Below the pieces are notes generated by a model. It was not told the DNA's origin. It saw only the letters and a list, made by a program, of their open reading frames with translations, and did not search any database. A DNA stretch of 64,000 nt from positions 84,148 through 148,147 of the forward strand of contig JBBRCQ010000003.1 in assembly GCA_038204725.1 (NCBI GenBank), given 5' to 3'. Of this stretch, positions 39,010 to 48,923 are shown piece by piece. Source of the DNA: Bacteroidales bacterium. GTDB taxonomy: Bacteria > Bacteroidota > Bacteroidia > Bacteroidales > JACABE01. The first letter of the stretch is position 1. Each line of letters begins with the position of its first letter. The position numbers were made by a program, and so were the translations under genes.

Positions 39010-39384
39010 TTATTTAACAAAAATTGTTTTTTTGACAGTTTCACCCGGTTTCAAACGTATGGAGGCTTCACCTATCAGCAATATATAAGCTGGAGGTGTA
39101 ACGGTAGTATCTGTAATGATACTGTCTTTGGCTTCCACATTTACAATTGCTTCTAGTGCAAATGTATGTTCGTATATCCCGGATGCATTTGCATTACCGC
39201 GAATATCGATATCATTTTGATGAATATGAATCTTTGCATAAGGAACAACAACAGTTGTATCACTAAAATTCTTAACAAGTATTTCCATTTTACAATCGGT
39301 TTCATCCTTACAGGAAGTATTGCCAAATATCAATACAATCGAGAAAATGGGTATAAAAAGTAAATAATTTAATTTTTTTTTCAT
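39010..39384 (-). CDS. Small hypothetical lipoprotein
   Basis: Signal peptide ending NTSC; beta-rich sequence. Confidence 0.7.
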   Translation of the reverse strand: MKKKLNYLLFIPIFSIVLIFGNTSCKDETDCKMEILVKNFSDTTVVVPYAKIHIHQNDIDIRGNANASGIYEHTFALEAIVNVEAKDSIITDTTVTPPAYILLIGEASIRLKPGETVKKTIFVK

Positions 39385-39469
39385 CTTTTAACTGATATTT
39401 TATTAATATTGCGTAGAAATTTAATTTTCAACAAACTTACATATTTTTTTATTAATATACCGTAAAATC

Positions 39470-40147
39470 ATGAAAAAAATAATTTTAACTTTTCTAGTAA
39501 CGACTGTATTCTTTGTTCAAACAGGAAAACAGGTTCAAGCTCAAACCCAGCAACAAACTGCAACAACAAAAGTAATTATTCATACCGGATATGGTGATAT
39601 TATCCTAAAATTATACAATGAAACACCATTACACAGAGATAATTTCATAAAACTTATTAAAGAAAAACAGTTGGATTCCACTTTGTTTCACAGAGTAATT
39701 AAAGCATTTATGATACAAGGAGGTGACCCCTCTTCCAAACAAGCAACAAAAGGTTCATTACTGGGAAATGGCGGACCTGGATATACCATCCCTGCTGAGT
39801 TTAAGAAAACACTGTATCACAAAAAAGGAGCTCTGGCTGCTGCCCGCGAAAGCGATCTGGTAAATCCTGTCAAGGCTTCATCCGGTTCACAATTTTATAT
39901 TGTACAAGGGAAAATATGGACGGTACAGGAATTGGATTTATTTGCCAAACGGTTATCGAAAACTTTTAGCCCGGAACAGGTTAAAACATATACTACCATT
40001 GGAGGGACGCCACATCTGGACGATAATTATACAGTTTTCGGAGAAATCATAAGTGGTTTTGACGTGCTCGATAAAATTGCTGCCGTACCCTGTGATAATA
40101 ACAACCGTCCATTGATTGACATCCCAATGACTGTAACATTAAAATAA
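39470..40147 (+). CDS. Cyclophilin-type peptidyl-prolyl isomerase
   Basis: TPLHRDNF, FHRVIKAFMIQGGDP, SSGSQFYIVQG, GGTPHLD..YTVFGE. Confidence 0.95.
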   Translation: MKKIILTFLVTTVFFVQTGKQVQAQTQQQTATTKVIIHTGYGDIILKLYNETPLHRDNFIKLIKEKQLDSTLFHRVIKAFMIQGGDPSSKQATKGSLLGNGGPGYTIPAEFKKTLYHKKGALAAARESDLVNPVKASSGSQFYIVQGKIWTVQELDLFAKRLSKTFSPEQVKTYTTIGGTPHLDDNYTVFGEIISGFDVLDKIAAVPCDNNNRPLIDIPMTVTLK

Positions 40148-40374
40148 AAAGCATCCTCCATACCTTTCTGAAAGGAGGCTTTTGCTTGATTGAAAGTTGT
40201 AGATTGCTATTTGCCTAAATCTAATGATCGTTATCAATGATATTTTAATTTTTGATAAACGATACCCAACTGCAAATATATAACGACAAAAGTGTTTTTA
40301 TGTCTTGATTCGCATAATTAATTAAGAATAATCAGTAATTTTGCATTTACAATAAAACTTAATACCCAACCACC

Positions 40375-41403
40375 GTGAAGGAGAAAATTGCTGTTTTAAA
40401 CGCTGAAATACTTGCTTTTGTTCCCGAAAACCAAGAGCAACTGGAACAATTCCGTATACAATTACTAGGTAAAAAAGGCCGCATACAGGATTTGTTTGCC
40501 GACTTTAAAAATGTAGCACCTGAATTGCGCAAAGAAACCGGTGTTATGCTCAATGACCTGAAAAACAATGCACAACAAAAACTGGATACTTACAAAGACA
40601 GTTTTCAGTCGTCTACAGAAACAAAAGCAGCCATTGACCTCAGCATGCCGGCTAACTCCATGGAATTGGGAGCACGTCATCCCCTATCAGTGATGCGCAA
40701 CGAAATAATCAGCATCTTTGCCCGAATCGGTTTTGTGGTGAACGAGGGTCCGGAAATTGAAGACGATTGGCATAATTTCTCTGCTTTAAACTTTCCACCC
40801 GAGCATCCAGCCCGCGATATGCAGGATACCTTTTTCATTGAAAAATCTGCAGAAAATGGGGATATTGCCTTGCGTACCCATACTTCATCGGTACAGGTGA
40901 GAATGATGGAAAACAACAAACCACCTATAAGGGCCATCTTTCCTGGCAGAGTTTTCAGGAATGAAGCCATTTCGGCAAGAGCACATTGCATCTTTCATCA
41001 GGTGGAAGGACTTTATATTGATAAAAATGTATCATTTGCAGATTTAAAACAGACTTTGTTGTATTTTGCCAAAGAAATGTTTGGCGAAAAAACAAACATC
41101 CGCTTACGTCCTTCTTATTTCCCATTCACAGAACCTTCTGCCGAAATGGATATTTCCTGCAGTATTTGTGGAGGTAAAGGTTGCAATATATGCAAATACA
41201 CAGGTTGGGTTGAAATACTTGGTTGTGGAATGGTAGATCCCAATGTTCTGGATAACTGTGGCATCGACAGCAAGGTATATACCGGTTTTGCCTTTGGGAT
41301 GGGCATAGAGCGCATTACCATGTTGCGTTATGGTATCAAGGATTTACGTCTTTTCTTTGAAAATGATGTCAGGTTTTTGAAGCAGTTCGAAGGCGTTTTG
41401 TAG
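40375..41403 (+). CDS. pheS: Phenylalanine--tRNA ligase alpha subunit
   Basis: HPARDMQDTF, LRTHTS, FHQVEG, RPSYFPFTEPS, GFAFGMGIER; TAATTTTG promoter at 40336-40343. Confidence 0.97.
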   Translation: MKEKIAVLNAEILAFVPENQEQLEQFRIQLLGKKGRIQDLFADFKNVAPELRKETGVMLNDLKNNAQQKLDTYKDSFQSSTETKAAIDLSMPANSMELGARHPLSVMRNEIISIFARIGFVVNEGPEIEDDWHNFSALNFPPEHPARDMQDTFFIEKSAENGDIALRTHTSSVQVRMMENNKPPIRAIFPGRVFRNEAISARAHCIFHQVEGLYIDKNVSFADLKQTLLYFAKEMFGEKTNIRLRPSYFPFTEPSAEMDISCSICGGKGCNICKYTGWVEILGCGMVDPNVLDNCGIDSKVYTGFAFGMGIERITMLRYGIKDLRLFFENDVRFLKQFEGVL

Positions 41404-41742
41404 TGGATAGCCTGAATAATAATGACTAAGTTATTGGATTCTTGCCTCACATAAAACTTCTTTTTTCTAAAATCTCCCATCGTTATTCGTTAATCGTCAT
41501 TTAGAGTGGGAGGTGATTGAGTTGTGGAAGATAGATAGATTTTTATTTAGTTGCAAGCGTTTAAAATCGGTTTTCCGACTATTCCCTTTTACTTTCCGTA
41601 ACTGAGCAAAAGATCAGTTACCTTTTTACTCTAACCTTTATCCTCACCTTTCATAACCATAGGTTAACTTTTCTTAAGTAAATTATATTTAGGAAATTAC
41701 CCATAATATGAGTACCTTTGCACCCGCATTTTATAAAAAATC

Positions 41743-43641
41743 ATGGAAAGAAATAATAATAAACGTCCTTTTGGAAAGCCCGAAAGGAGCAGAACTTCAG
41801 AAGGTTCATCGAATCATTCAAAACCGGATTGGAAAAAAAAAACCGATTCATCTTCTGAAAGATCCTATTCGTCATTTAAACCTAAATTTGGCAGCACCGA
41901 CAAACCTTATGGCAAACCTGCTTATGGCGACAGAGATAGCAAACCCAAATACGCTGATAGAAACGACAAGCCCAGATACGGCGATAAAGATTCCAAATCT
42001 TCTGACAGACCTTCGTATCAAGACCGAAACGACAAACCAAATTACGGAGATAAAAGAGAAAGTTCTTTCAAACCAAAGTTTGGTGACAGAGACAGCAAAC
42101 CTTCTTATCGTGGTAAAGAAGACAGAACTGGTCATGGAGGAAGAGACAACAAATCATCTGAAAGACCTTCATACGGTGACCGCAACGACAGACCCAGCTA
42201 TGGTGATAAAAGAGAAAGCTCTTTCAAACCTAAATTTGGCGACAGAGACAGTAAACCTTCCTATGGTGATAGAGGAGATAAACCCAGATATGCTGAAAGA
42301 GATTCAAAATCTTCTGACAGACCTTCGTATCAAGACAGAAACGACAAACCTGCTTACGGAGATAAAAGAGAAAGTTCTTTCAAACCAAAGTTTGGTGACA
42401 GAGACAGCAAACCTTCCTATGGCGACAGAGGAGATAAACCCAGATATACCGATAGAGATTCAAAATCTTCTGACAGACCTTCGTATCAGGACAGAAACGA
42501 CAAACCTAATTATGGAGAAAAAAGAGAAAGTTCTTTCAAACCTAAATTCGGCGACAGAGACAGCAAACCTTCTTACGGAGACAGAGGAGCTCAACCAAAA
42601 TACGGAGACAGAGATCAGAGATCATCTGACAGACCATCGTACAAAGACAGAGGCGACAAACCTGATTTTAAACCTAGAAGAGAAGGAGATGCCGGTGGAA
42701 GCTCTAATCCATCAAGAGATATCAAAAGAGGTTATCAGAAAGATGACCGTCCCTTTTCAGAAAAAAAGAGAAGTTACGACGACAATTCTTCCAACGAAAG
42801 ATACCTGCACAAAAACAAACCCCGTCGCAGAACTTCGGAAATTGACCTGCCGGTGCGTGATCGGCCTAAACGTGCCGATGTTCTTGAATTAAAAGATTTC
42901 AAAAGCACCAACCGTCCAGACGCATTTGCAACCATTCGACTGAATAAATACATCGCCAATGCAGGTATTTGTTCACGTCGCGAAGCTGATGACCTAATCA
43001 TCAGCGGAGCTGTTGCCATCAATGGTGTAATTATTACTGAATTGGGCACCAAGGTACTTCCTACCGATTCTGTACAATATGGTGGTGAAACTCTTGTAAG
43101 CGAGAAAAAAAAATACGTATTACTCAACAAACCCAAAGGTTACATCACAACGGTTGACGATCCACAAGAACGCCGTACCGTAATGGCGCTCGTTAAAGAT
43201 GCCTGCAAAGAAAGATTGTATCCCGTGGGCAGACTCGACCGCAATACTTCCGGCTTGTTACTTTTTACCAACGATGGTGATATTGCTAAAAAGCTAACCC
43301 ATCCCCGTTATGGCGTTACCAAACTTTACCATGTTGAACTGGACCGCGCACTTTCAAAATCTGATATGGATAAACTCTGGGATGGCGTTGAACTGGAAGA
43401 TGGTATCGTAAAAGTGGACGACGTTGCTTATATCGACGAAAATCAAAACAAAAGAGAAATCGGCATTGAAATTCATACCGGCAAAAACCGCGTTATCCGA
43501 CGTATATTCGAAACCCTGGGTTATGAAGTAGTAAAACTTGATAGAACCATGTTTGCTGGCTTGACAAAAAAAGATATACCACGCGGAATGTGGCGCTTTT
43601 TGAGCGAAAAAGAAGTTTCTTTTTTGAAAATGCTTCAGTAA
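41743..43641 (+). CDS. rRNA pseudouridine synthase (RsuA/RluB family) with long repetitive N-terminal extension
   Basis: S4 domain RLNKYIANAGICSRREAD, LNKPKG, catalytic VGRLD; ~390-aa R/D/K/S/G/Y-rich N-terminus; TACCTTTG promoter at 41713-41720. Confidence 0.93.
   Translation: MERNNNKRPFGKPERSRTSEGSSNHSKPDWKKKTDSSSERSYSSFKPKFGSTDKPYGKPAYGDRDSKPKYADRNDKPRYGDKDSKSSDRPSYQDRNDKPNYGDKRESSFKPKFGDRDSKPSYRGKEDRTGHGGRDNKSSERPSYGDRNDRPSYGDKRESSFKPKFGDRDSKPSYGDRGDKPRYAERDSKSSDRPSYQDRNDKPAYGDKRESSFKPKFGDRDSKPSYGDRGDKPRYTDRDSKSSDRPSYQDRNDKPNYGEKRESSFKPKFGDRDSKPSYGDRGAQPKYGDRDQRSSDRPSYKDRGDKPDFKPRREGDAGGSSNPSRDIKRGYQKDDRPFSEKKRSYDDNSSNERYLHKNKPRRRTSEIDLPVRDRPKRADVLELKDFKSTNRPDAFATIRLNKYIANAGICSRREADDLIISGAVAINGVIITELGTKVLPTDSVQYGGETLVSEKKKYVLLNKPKGYITTVDDPQERRTVMALVKDACKERLYPVGRLDRNTSGLLLFTNDGDIAKKLTHPRYGVTKLYHVELDRALSKSDMDKLWDGVELEDGIVKVDDVAYIDENQNKREIGIEIHTGKNRVIRRIFETLGYEVVKLDRTMFAGLTKKDIPRGMWRFLSEKEVSFLKMLQ
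41870..42690 (+). repeat. In-frame 156-bp (52-aa) tandem repeat, about 4-5 units
   Basis: KRESSFKPKFGDRDSKPSY recurs at 42051, 42207, 42363 and 42519 (period 156). Confidence 0.9.
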
Positions 43642-43731
43642 AAAGTTAGTTATTGGTTATTAGGTTACTGAAAAGTAACTGATAATTGATAATACAGCTC
43701 TTTGAAACGTTAAATTTAAAAATTACAATAA

Positions 43732-43780
43732 AAACAGGCTGATTGAGTTATTTAAACATAAGTACTCATCAGCCTGTTTT
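43732..43780. terminator. Terminator-like hairpin after the pseudouridine synthase
   Basis: AAAACAGGCTGAT...ATCAGCCTGTTTT inverted repeat. Confidence 0.7.
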
Positions 43781-43905
43781 AAATTTACAAAACTGATTTT
43801 TTCTTCCAAAACTGAAAAAAAATAAATGATGAAATTTTGTAAATTTCTACCTTCTAAATTTTAATCGTTTAACTTTAAGTACGCAACGTACTTCAATCAT
43901 ACAAT

Positions 43906-46554
43906 ATGACATCAACCAGCCAACCAAAAAATACGAGAAAATTAATTATCAGAATACTTCTGGGTGTTCTAATTTTTTTATTTCTGGCAACAGCTAGTGG
44001 GTTTTTATATTTTTATTATCATCAGGATTCCATTAAACAATTCTTTGTAGTTGAAATCAACAAATCACTTCAAACCGAAATTTCGGTGGAAGATATTGAA
44101 TTCTCGATATTCGACAAATTCCCCAATGCTTCAATTCGATTTACCAATGTAGTGGCTAGGGATGCAATTAAAGATTCAGAGAAAGATACATTATTGGTGG
44201 CTAAAAGTATTTTTCTGGAATTCAACTTGATGGATTTGTATTACAAACAATACCGTGTTAAAAATATTGAACTCAACGATGCAGTAATCAAACTGAGGAT
44301 TGATAAAGAAGGTAACGATAATTTTCATTTTTGGAAAACAACCGTAAAAGAAACTGCCGGTAATTTTGACTTTAGTCTCAAAAATATCAGGTTTAAAAAT
44401 GTACAAATCAGTTATATCAACAAAGCCAGCTTTCAATATTACGACATTCTCATTGAAGATGCCCTGGCAAAAGGAGATTTCTCTAATGATATACAGGCTA
44501 TTCAACTCAAAGGGAAAATGATTATACATCATTTCCAATCGGGCGATGTGGTATATTTTAGCAACGAAAAAGCTGATATTGATTTTGACGGCATTATCAA
44601 TACATTTGAAGAAACTGTAGAAATTAAGAGAGGTGATATTTTGCTCAACGACTTAGGTTTTGAAATCAATGGAAAAGTAGGATATGCTGATAATAATCAA
44701 ACATTAAACCTGAACATTAAAGGGAAAAATATCCAATTACACGATTTCATTAAAGAATTACCCGCCGAACATCAGTTAACTTTCAACAACTATCAAAGCA
44801 AAGGTATATTTGATTTCCGTATGGAAATAAAGGGAAAATATGGAGGCAAGCATCTTCCGATGGTAACTGCCAATTTTAATCTTCGCAACGGGGAGATTTT
44901 TCATACAAAAACCAAAGCCCGTCATACAAATGTAATGATTAAAGGCATGTTTACAAATGGTAAAGACGGCAAAGCCGAAAACAGCAAACTTGACATCCAA
45001 CAGTGCTCATTCAATCTGAAAAACGGGAATATGAGTGCACGCTTTACCATTCAAAATTTCAAAAATCCGATTATCCACTGCATTGCTACTGCAAATATCA
45101 ACTTGCAGGATTTACAGGAATTTATAAAGAATGAAAATATTATGACTATGCAGGGTCAATTGGTTATTGATTTTAATTTCAATGGAAAAATTAACAAAAA
45201 TGCATTGAAAGTTACAGATTTTATCAATAGCCAGACTTCGGGAAAAGCAATAGTAAGCAATGTCCAACTACGACTGAAAAACGATGCCCGACAATATAAA
45301 AATATCAACGGTGTATTTACATTTACAAATAACGATATTGAAATCAATTCTTTAACCGGAAACATTTCAGGTAGTGACCTCAGCTTAAAAGGTGTCTTTC
45401 GGAATGTGATTCCTTTTATCTTTCTCGAAAATCAAAAAATTGCCATCAATGCAGATTTGTATTCAAAAAATATAGACCTGGACGAAATAATTGGTACTAA
45501 ACACAATACAGCAGGAGCCAATGAATTTCGCTTAAGCGATTTTTACAATTTCAATCTATCACTGATTGTGAACAAGATCAAGTATAAAAAATTCAGTGCC
45601 AAAGAATTACAAGGCAAACTCAGTTACAATAATCATGTTTTCAAAGGAGAACAACTCAGGATGGAAAGCATGGATGGTTATTTAAATGGTTCATTGATGA
45701 TTGATGGTACCCAACCCAAAAAATTTCTGATCAGCTGTGATGTAAATACAACCAAAGTAAACGGACAGCAGTTGTTTTATGTATTTGATAATTTTGGACA
45801 AAATAATCTGAAATCTGATAATATCAGAGGAAGTATTACAGCCAATGTACAATTTGTCGCTTATTTCAATTCCTATTTAGAGGTAGATTCAAAGAGTATC
45901 TGGTCGAAAATAAATCTGAAGATTGAAAACGGGAAACTGCTCAACTATCAGCCTTTATTGAAATTATCGAGATTTATCAATGTAGATGATTTAAAAGAAG
46001 TAAGTTTTAAAACCATACAGAATCAACTTGTCATCAACAACGAAACCATTTACATTCCATTAATGGATATACAATCGAATGCAATCAACCTGGATATATC
46101 GGGAGAACATACCTTTAACAATATCATTAACTACCGTATCAGTATTTTATTATCGGAGTTGAATTCTAAAAAACGAAAGATTCGTAAACTTCAAAAACAG
46201 GAATCTTTAAAAGAGTTCGGTTATGAAGAAGATGATGGATTAGGAAGAACCAAACTTTTTCTGAAAGCTACTGGGAGCATCGATAACCCCATTTTCAGTT
46301 ACGATAGCAAGAGTTTGAAAGAAAAACTGATCCTTGATATTAAAAATGAAAAACGCAATCTGAATGTCATACTTAAAGAGGAATTCAAATGGATGCAAAA
46401 GGATTCTTCTGACATTATCCAACAAGAAAATTTCAAGATACAGGAAAAAGGAAAATATATTATAGACTGGGAAGAAACCAAAGAAAAATCAAAGAAAAAA
46501 ACAGTTTCCGATTCACTTCCTGTTTCTAAAGTAAAGATTCAGTGGGAAGAGTAG
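43906..46554 (+). CDS. AsmA-like family protein
   Basis: Single N-terminal TM, KFPNAS.RF, long beta-rich body, C-terminal I.SNA..L..SG.H.F...I.Y motif. Confidence 0.8.
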   Translation: MTSTSQPKNTRKLIIRILLGVLIFLFLATASGFLYFYYHQDSIKQFFVVEINKSLQTEISVEDIEFSIFDKFPNASIRFTNVVARDAIKDSEKDTLLVAKSIFLEFNLMDLYYKQYRVKNIELNDAVIKLRIDKEGNDNFHFWKTTVKETAGNFDFSLKNIRFKNVQISYINKASFQYYDILIEDALAKGDFSNDIQAIQLKGKMIIHHFQSGDVVYFSNEKADIDFDGIINTFEETVEIKRGDILLNDLGFEINGKVGYADNNQTLNLNIKGKNIQLHDFIKELPAEHQLTFNNYQSKGIFDFRMEIKGKYGGKHLPMVTANFNLRNGEIFHTKTKARHTNVMIKGMFTNGKDGKAENSKLDIQQCSFNLKNGNMSARFTIQNFKNPIIHCIATANINLQDLQEFIKNENIMTMQGQLVIDFNFNGKINKNALKVTDFINSQTSGKAIVSNVQLRLKNDARQYKNINGVFTFTNNDIEINSLTGNISGSDLSLKGVFRNVIPFIFLENQKIAINADLYSKNIDLDEIIGTKHNTAGANEFRLSDFYNFNLSLIVNKIKYKKFSAKELQGKLSYNNHVFKGEQLRMESMDGYLNGSLMIDGTQPKKFLISCDVNTTKVNGQQLFYVFDNFGQNNLKSDNIRGSITANVQFVAYFNSYLEVDSKSIWSKINLKIENGKLLNYQPLLKLSRFINVDDLKEVSFKTIQNQLVINNETIYIPLMDIQSNAINLDISGEHTFNNIINYRISILLSELNSKKRKIRKLQKQESLKEFGYEEDDGLGRTKLFLKATGSIDNPIFSYDSKSLKEKLILDIKNEKRNLNVILKEEFKWMQKDSSDIIQQENFKIQEKGKYIIDWEETKEKSKKKTVSDSLPVSKVKIQWEE

Positions 46555-46773
46555 CAATTGGTGATTGAGCGATTGAGCGATTCTAAGTAACTGCTCAGTC
46601 CCAACTACAACTTTCATAAGAAGTAAGATTATTGCCCGCCATTCACTTCACCGTTCACTCTTCACTAATCACAAATCACTCAGGAAGGGCATCAAAATAT
46701 GTTTCATGCGTTAGTTTTTTTAGTTTTTTGATATTTAATTTCCCCTTATGCTTTACTTTTCGTTTTCTTTCAC

Positions 46774-46841
46774 TAAATTTGCATCAGTAAAAAATAAATT
46801 GCCTTAGTTTTTCTACCTAACGGCTGGTAGGTTCGCGGCAA
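46774..46841 (+). promoter_or_regulatory. upxY promoter and leader hairpin with ops-like pause site
   Basis: TAAATTTG at 46774-46781; nested stems TTGCC/GGCAA and CTACC/GGTAG; GGCTGGTAG resembles the RfaH ops core GGCGGTAG. Confidence 0.55.
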
Positions 46842-46881
46842 AGAAGATTGATACTTTCATTAATAAAATCAGAAAAGAATA

Positions 46882-47382
46882 ATGAGTTATAATTGGTATG
46901 CGTTATATACTTTTCCAAGATTTGAGAAGAAGGTTTATACAAGGCTAGTAGATAGAAAAATAGAAGCCTATTTACCGTTGCAAAAAAAACTTCGTAAATG
47001 GAAAGACCGGAAAAAATGGGTAGAAGAACCTTTAATTCGGTCTTATATTTTTGTAAAAGTTAGTGAATCAGAATACTATAATGCATTAAATGTCGAAGGA
47101 GCTGTTAAATATATTAGTTTCTCTGGAAAAGCAGCCACTATACCTGAATGGCAAATTATCGCCATGCAGAAACTGTTAAATACCGAGCACGATGTTACCA
47201 TCAGTACTAAAATATTTAAACCGGGTACTGTGATTCGAATTGCATCTGGTGTTCTTGCTGGTTTTGAGGGAGAACTGATATCTTACATGGGCAAAAAAAG
47301 AGTCTTAATCCGTATCAGCCAGATCGGTCAGTCGTTGATAGTCACGTTGCCTTTGAGTGACCTGGATATGATTAATGGTTAA
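46882..47382 (+). CDS. upxY: UpxY-family (NusG paralog) transcription antiterminator
   Basis: WYALYT.PR.EKKV, YLPL....RKWKDRKKWVEEPL..SYIFV, KOW-like I.SG.L.G.EG. Confidence 0.93.
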   Translation: MSYNWYALYTFPRFEKKVYTRLVDRKIEAYLPLQKKLRKWKDRKKWVEEPLIRSYIFVKVSESEYYNALNVEGAVKYISFSGKAATIPEWQIIAMQKLLNTEHDVTISTKIFKPGTVIRIASGVLAGFEGELISYMGKKRVLIRISQIGQSLIVTLPLSDLDMING

Positions 47383-47510
47383 TGGTTATTAGGTAAAAAA
47401 AAATTAGCGATATTGTGATTTGAAAAATGCAACTATTCACTGTTCACTATTCACTATTCACAAATTAACTGTTCACTGATAAAAATTACTTACGTAAAAA
47501 AAAATAAAAG

Positions 47511-48791
47511 ATGGAATCACATAAAATTTGCATGATTGGTTTAGGTTACGTTGGATTGCCTTTAGCCGTTGAATTTGCCAAACATTTTCCGGTAACAGGA
47601 TTTGATATCCGGCAATCTCGCATAGATGATCTGAATCTGGGACATGACAGCACGCTGGAAGTAGATGATGAAAACCTTCAGTCAGTTCTATCTCAAAAAA
47701 AACCATCTTCTAAGGGACTTTACCTTTCAAGCAAAACAGAAGATATCCGAAACTGTAATGTATATATAGTAACAGTTCCAACGCCTGTGGATAAAAACAA
47801 TCGGCCTGATCTTACACCTCTGATAAAAGCAAGTGAAACCATTGGGAAAGTAATCAGCAAAGGAGATATTGTTATTTATGAATCAACGGTATATCCGGGT
47901 TGTACCGAAGAAGATTGTTTGCCAGTGATTGAGAAAACCTCCGGATTGAAACTCAATGTTGACTTTTACGCGGGTTATTCACCCGAACGTATCAATCCGG
48001 GCGACAAAGAACATACGGTAACTACCATTCATAAAGTAACTTCTGGTTCTACACCCGAAATAGCAGAAGTGGTGGATCAGTTATACAAAACGGTTATCAA
48101 GGCAGGAACGCACAAAGCTCCTTCTATCCGTGTTGCAGAAACTGCAAAAGTAATAGAAAACTCACAGCGGGATATTAATATCGCTTTTGTTAACGAACTG
48201 GCGCATATCTGTGCCCACATGAACCTTGATACAAAAGCTGTACTGGATGCAGCCGGTACGAAATGGAATTTTTTAAAATTCTCACCCGGCCTGGTAGGCG
48301 GACATTGCATTGGTGTTGATCCTTACTATATCGCTCAAAAAGCTCAGGAAATGGGTTATCATCCCGAAATTATCCTTGCCGGCCGTCGTATGAACGATGG
48401 AATGGGAGCCTGGATTGCATCACAGATTGTGAAATTAATGATCAAAAAAGACATCCCCATCAACAAATCAAAAGTATTGATTTTGGGCATCACTTTCAAA
48501 GAAAACTGTCCCGATGTTCGCAACACTAAAGTAGTAGATGTTGTGAACGAATTGCGACAGTTTGGTTGCTCTGTTGATATTTACGATGACTGGGCCAATG
48601 CAGTGGAAGTTCAACACGAATACAACGAAACATTAATCAAAAAGTTTAACATCGAAGATTATAACACTATTGTGCTGGCTGTAGCTCACAATGATTTTAA
48701 AACCATTGATTTTACAAAACGCTCAAAAATGAGTGTTTTATACGATATCAAATCGCTATTACCGCTTGATATTGTGGACGGAAGACTTTAG
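47511..48791 (+). CDS. UDP-N-acetylhexosamine 6-dehydrogenase (TviB/WbpO type)
   Basis: GLGYVGLP, VPTP, ESTVYPG, SPERINPGD, GGHCIGVDPY, FKENCPD.RN. Confidence 0.93.
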   Translation: MESHKICMIGLGYVGLPLAVEFAKHFPVTGFDIRQSRIDDLNLGHDSTLEVDDENLQSVLSQKKPSSKGLYLSSKTEDIRNCNVYIVTVPTPVDKNNRPDLTPLIKASETIGKVISKGDIVIYESTVYPGCTEEDCLPVIEKTSGLKLNVDFYAGYSPERINPGDKEHTVTTIHKVTSGSTPEIAEVVDQLYKTVIKAGTHKAPSIRVAETAKVIENSQRDINIAFVNELAHICAHMNLDTKAVLDAAGTKWNFLKFSPGLVGGHCIGVDPYYIAQKAQEMGYHPEIILAGRRMNDGMGAWIASQIVKLMIKKDIPINKSKVLILGITFKENCPDVRNTKVVDVVNELRQFGCSVDIYDDWANAVEVQHEYNETLIKKFNIEDYNTIVLAVAHNDFKTIDFTKRSKMSVLYDIKSLLPLDIVDGRL

Positions 48792-48923
48792 TTGGGAAGT
48801 CCGAAGTCGGAAGTAAATTATAGCTCGGGACTGAGCAAAAGCTCAGTTTACTTTCCAGTTTGCCTTTTACTTTTTCACTTCGGTCTTCGGTATTCCGACT
48901 TCTGACTCATTCTTTTTCCCTTT

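Noticed and set aside
41708-42892. 394-aa overlapping ORF in another frame of the pseudouridine synthase
   Set aside because: A stop-free alternative frame expected from a purine-rich tandem repeat. It starts upstream of the predicted promoter box and has no recognisable domain.
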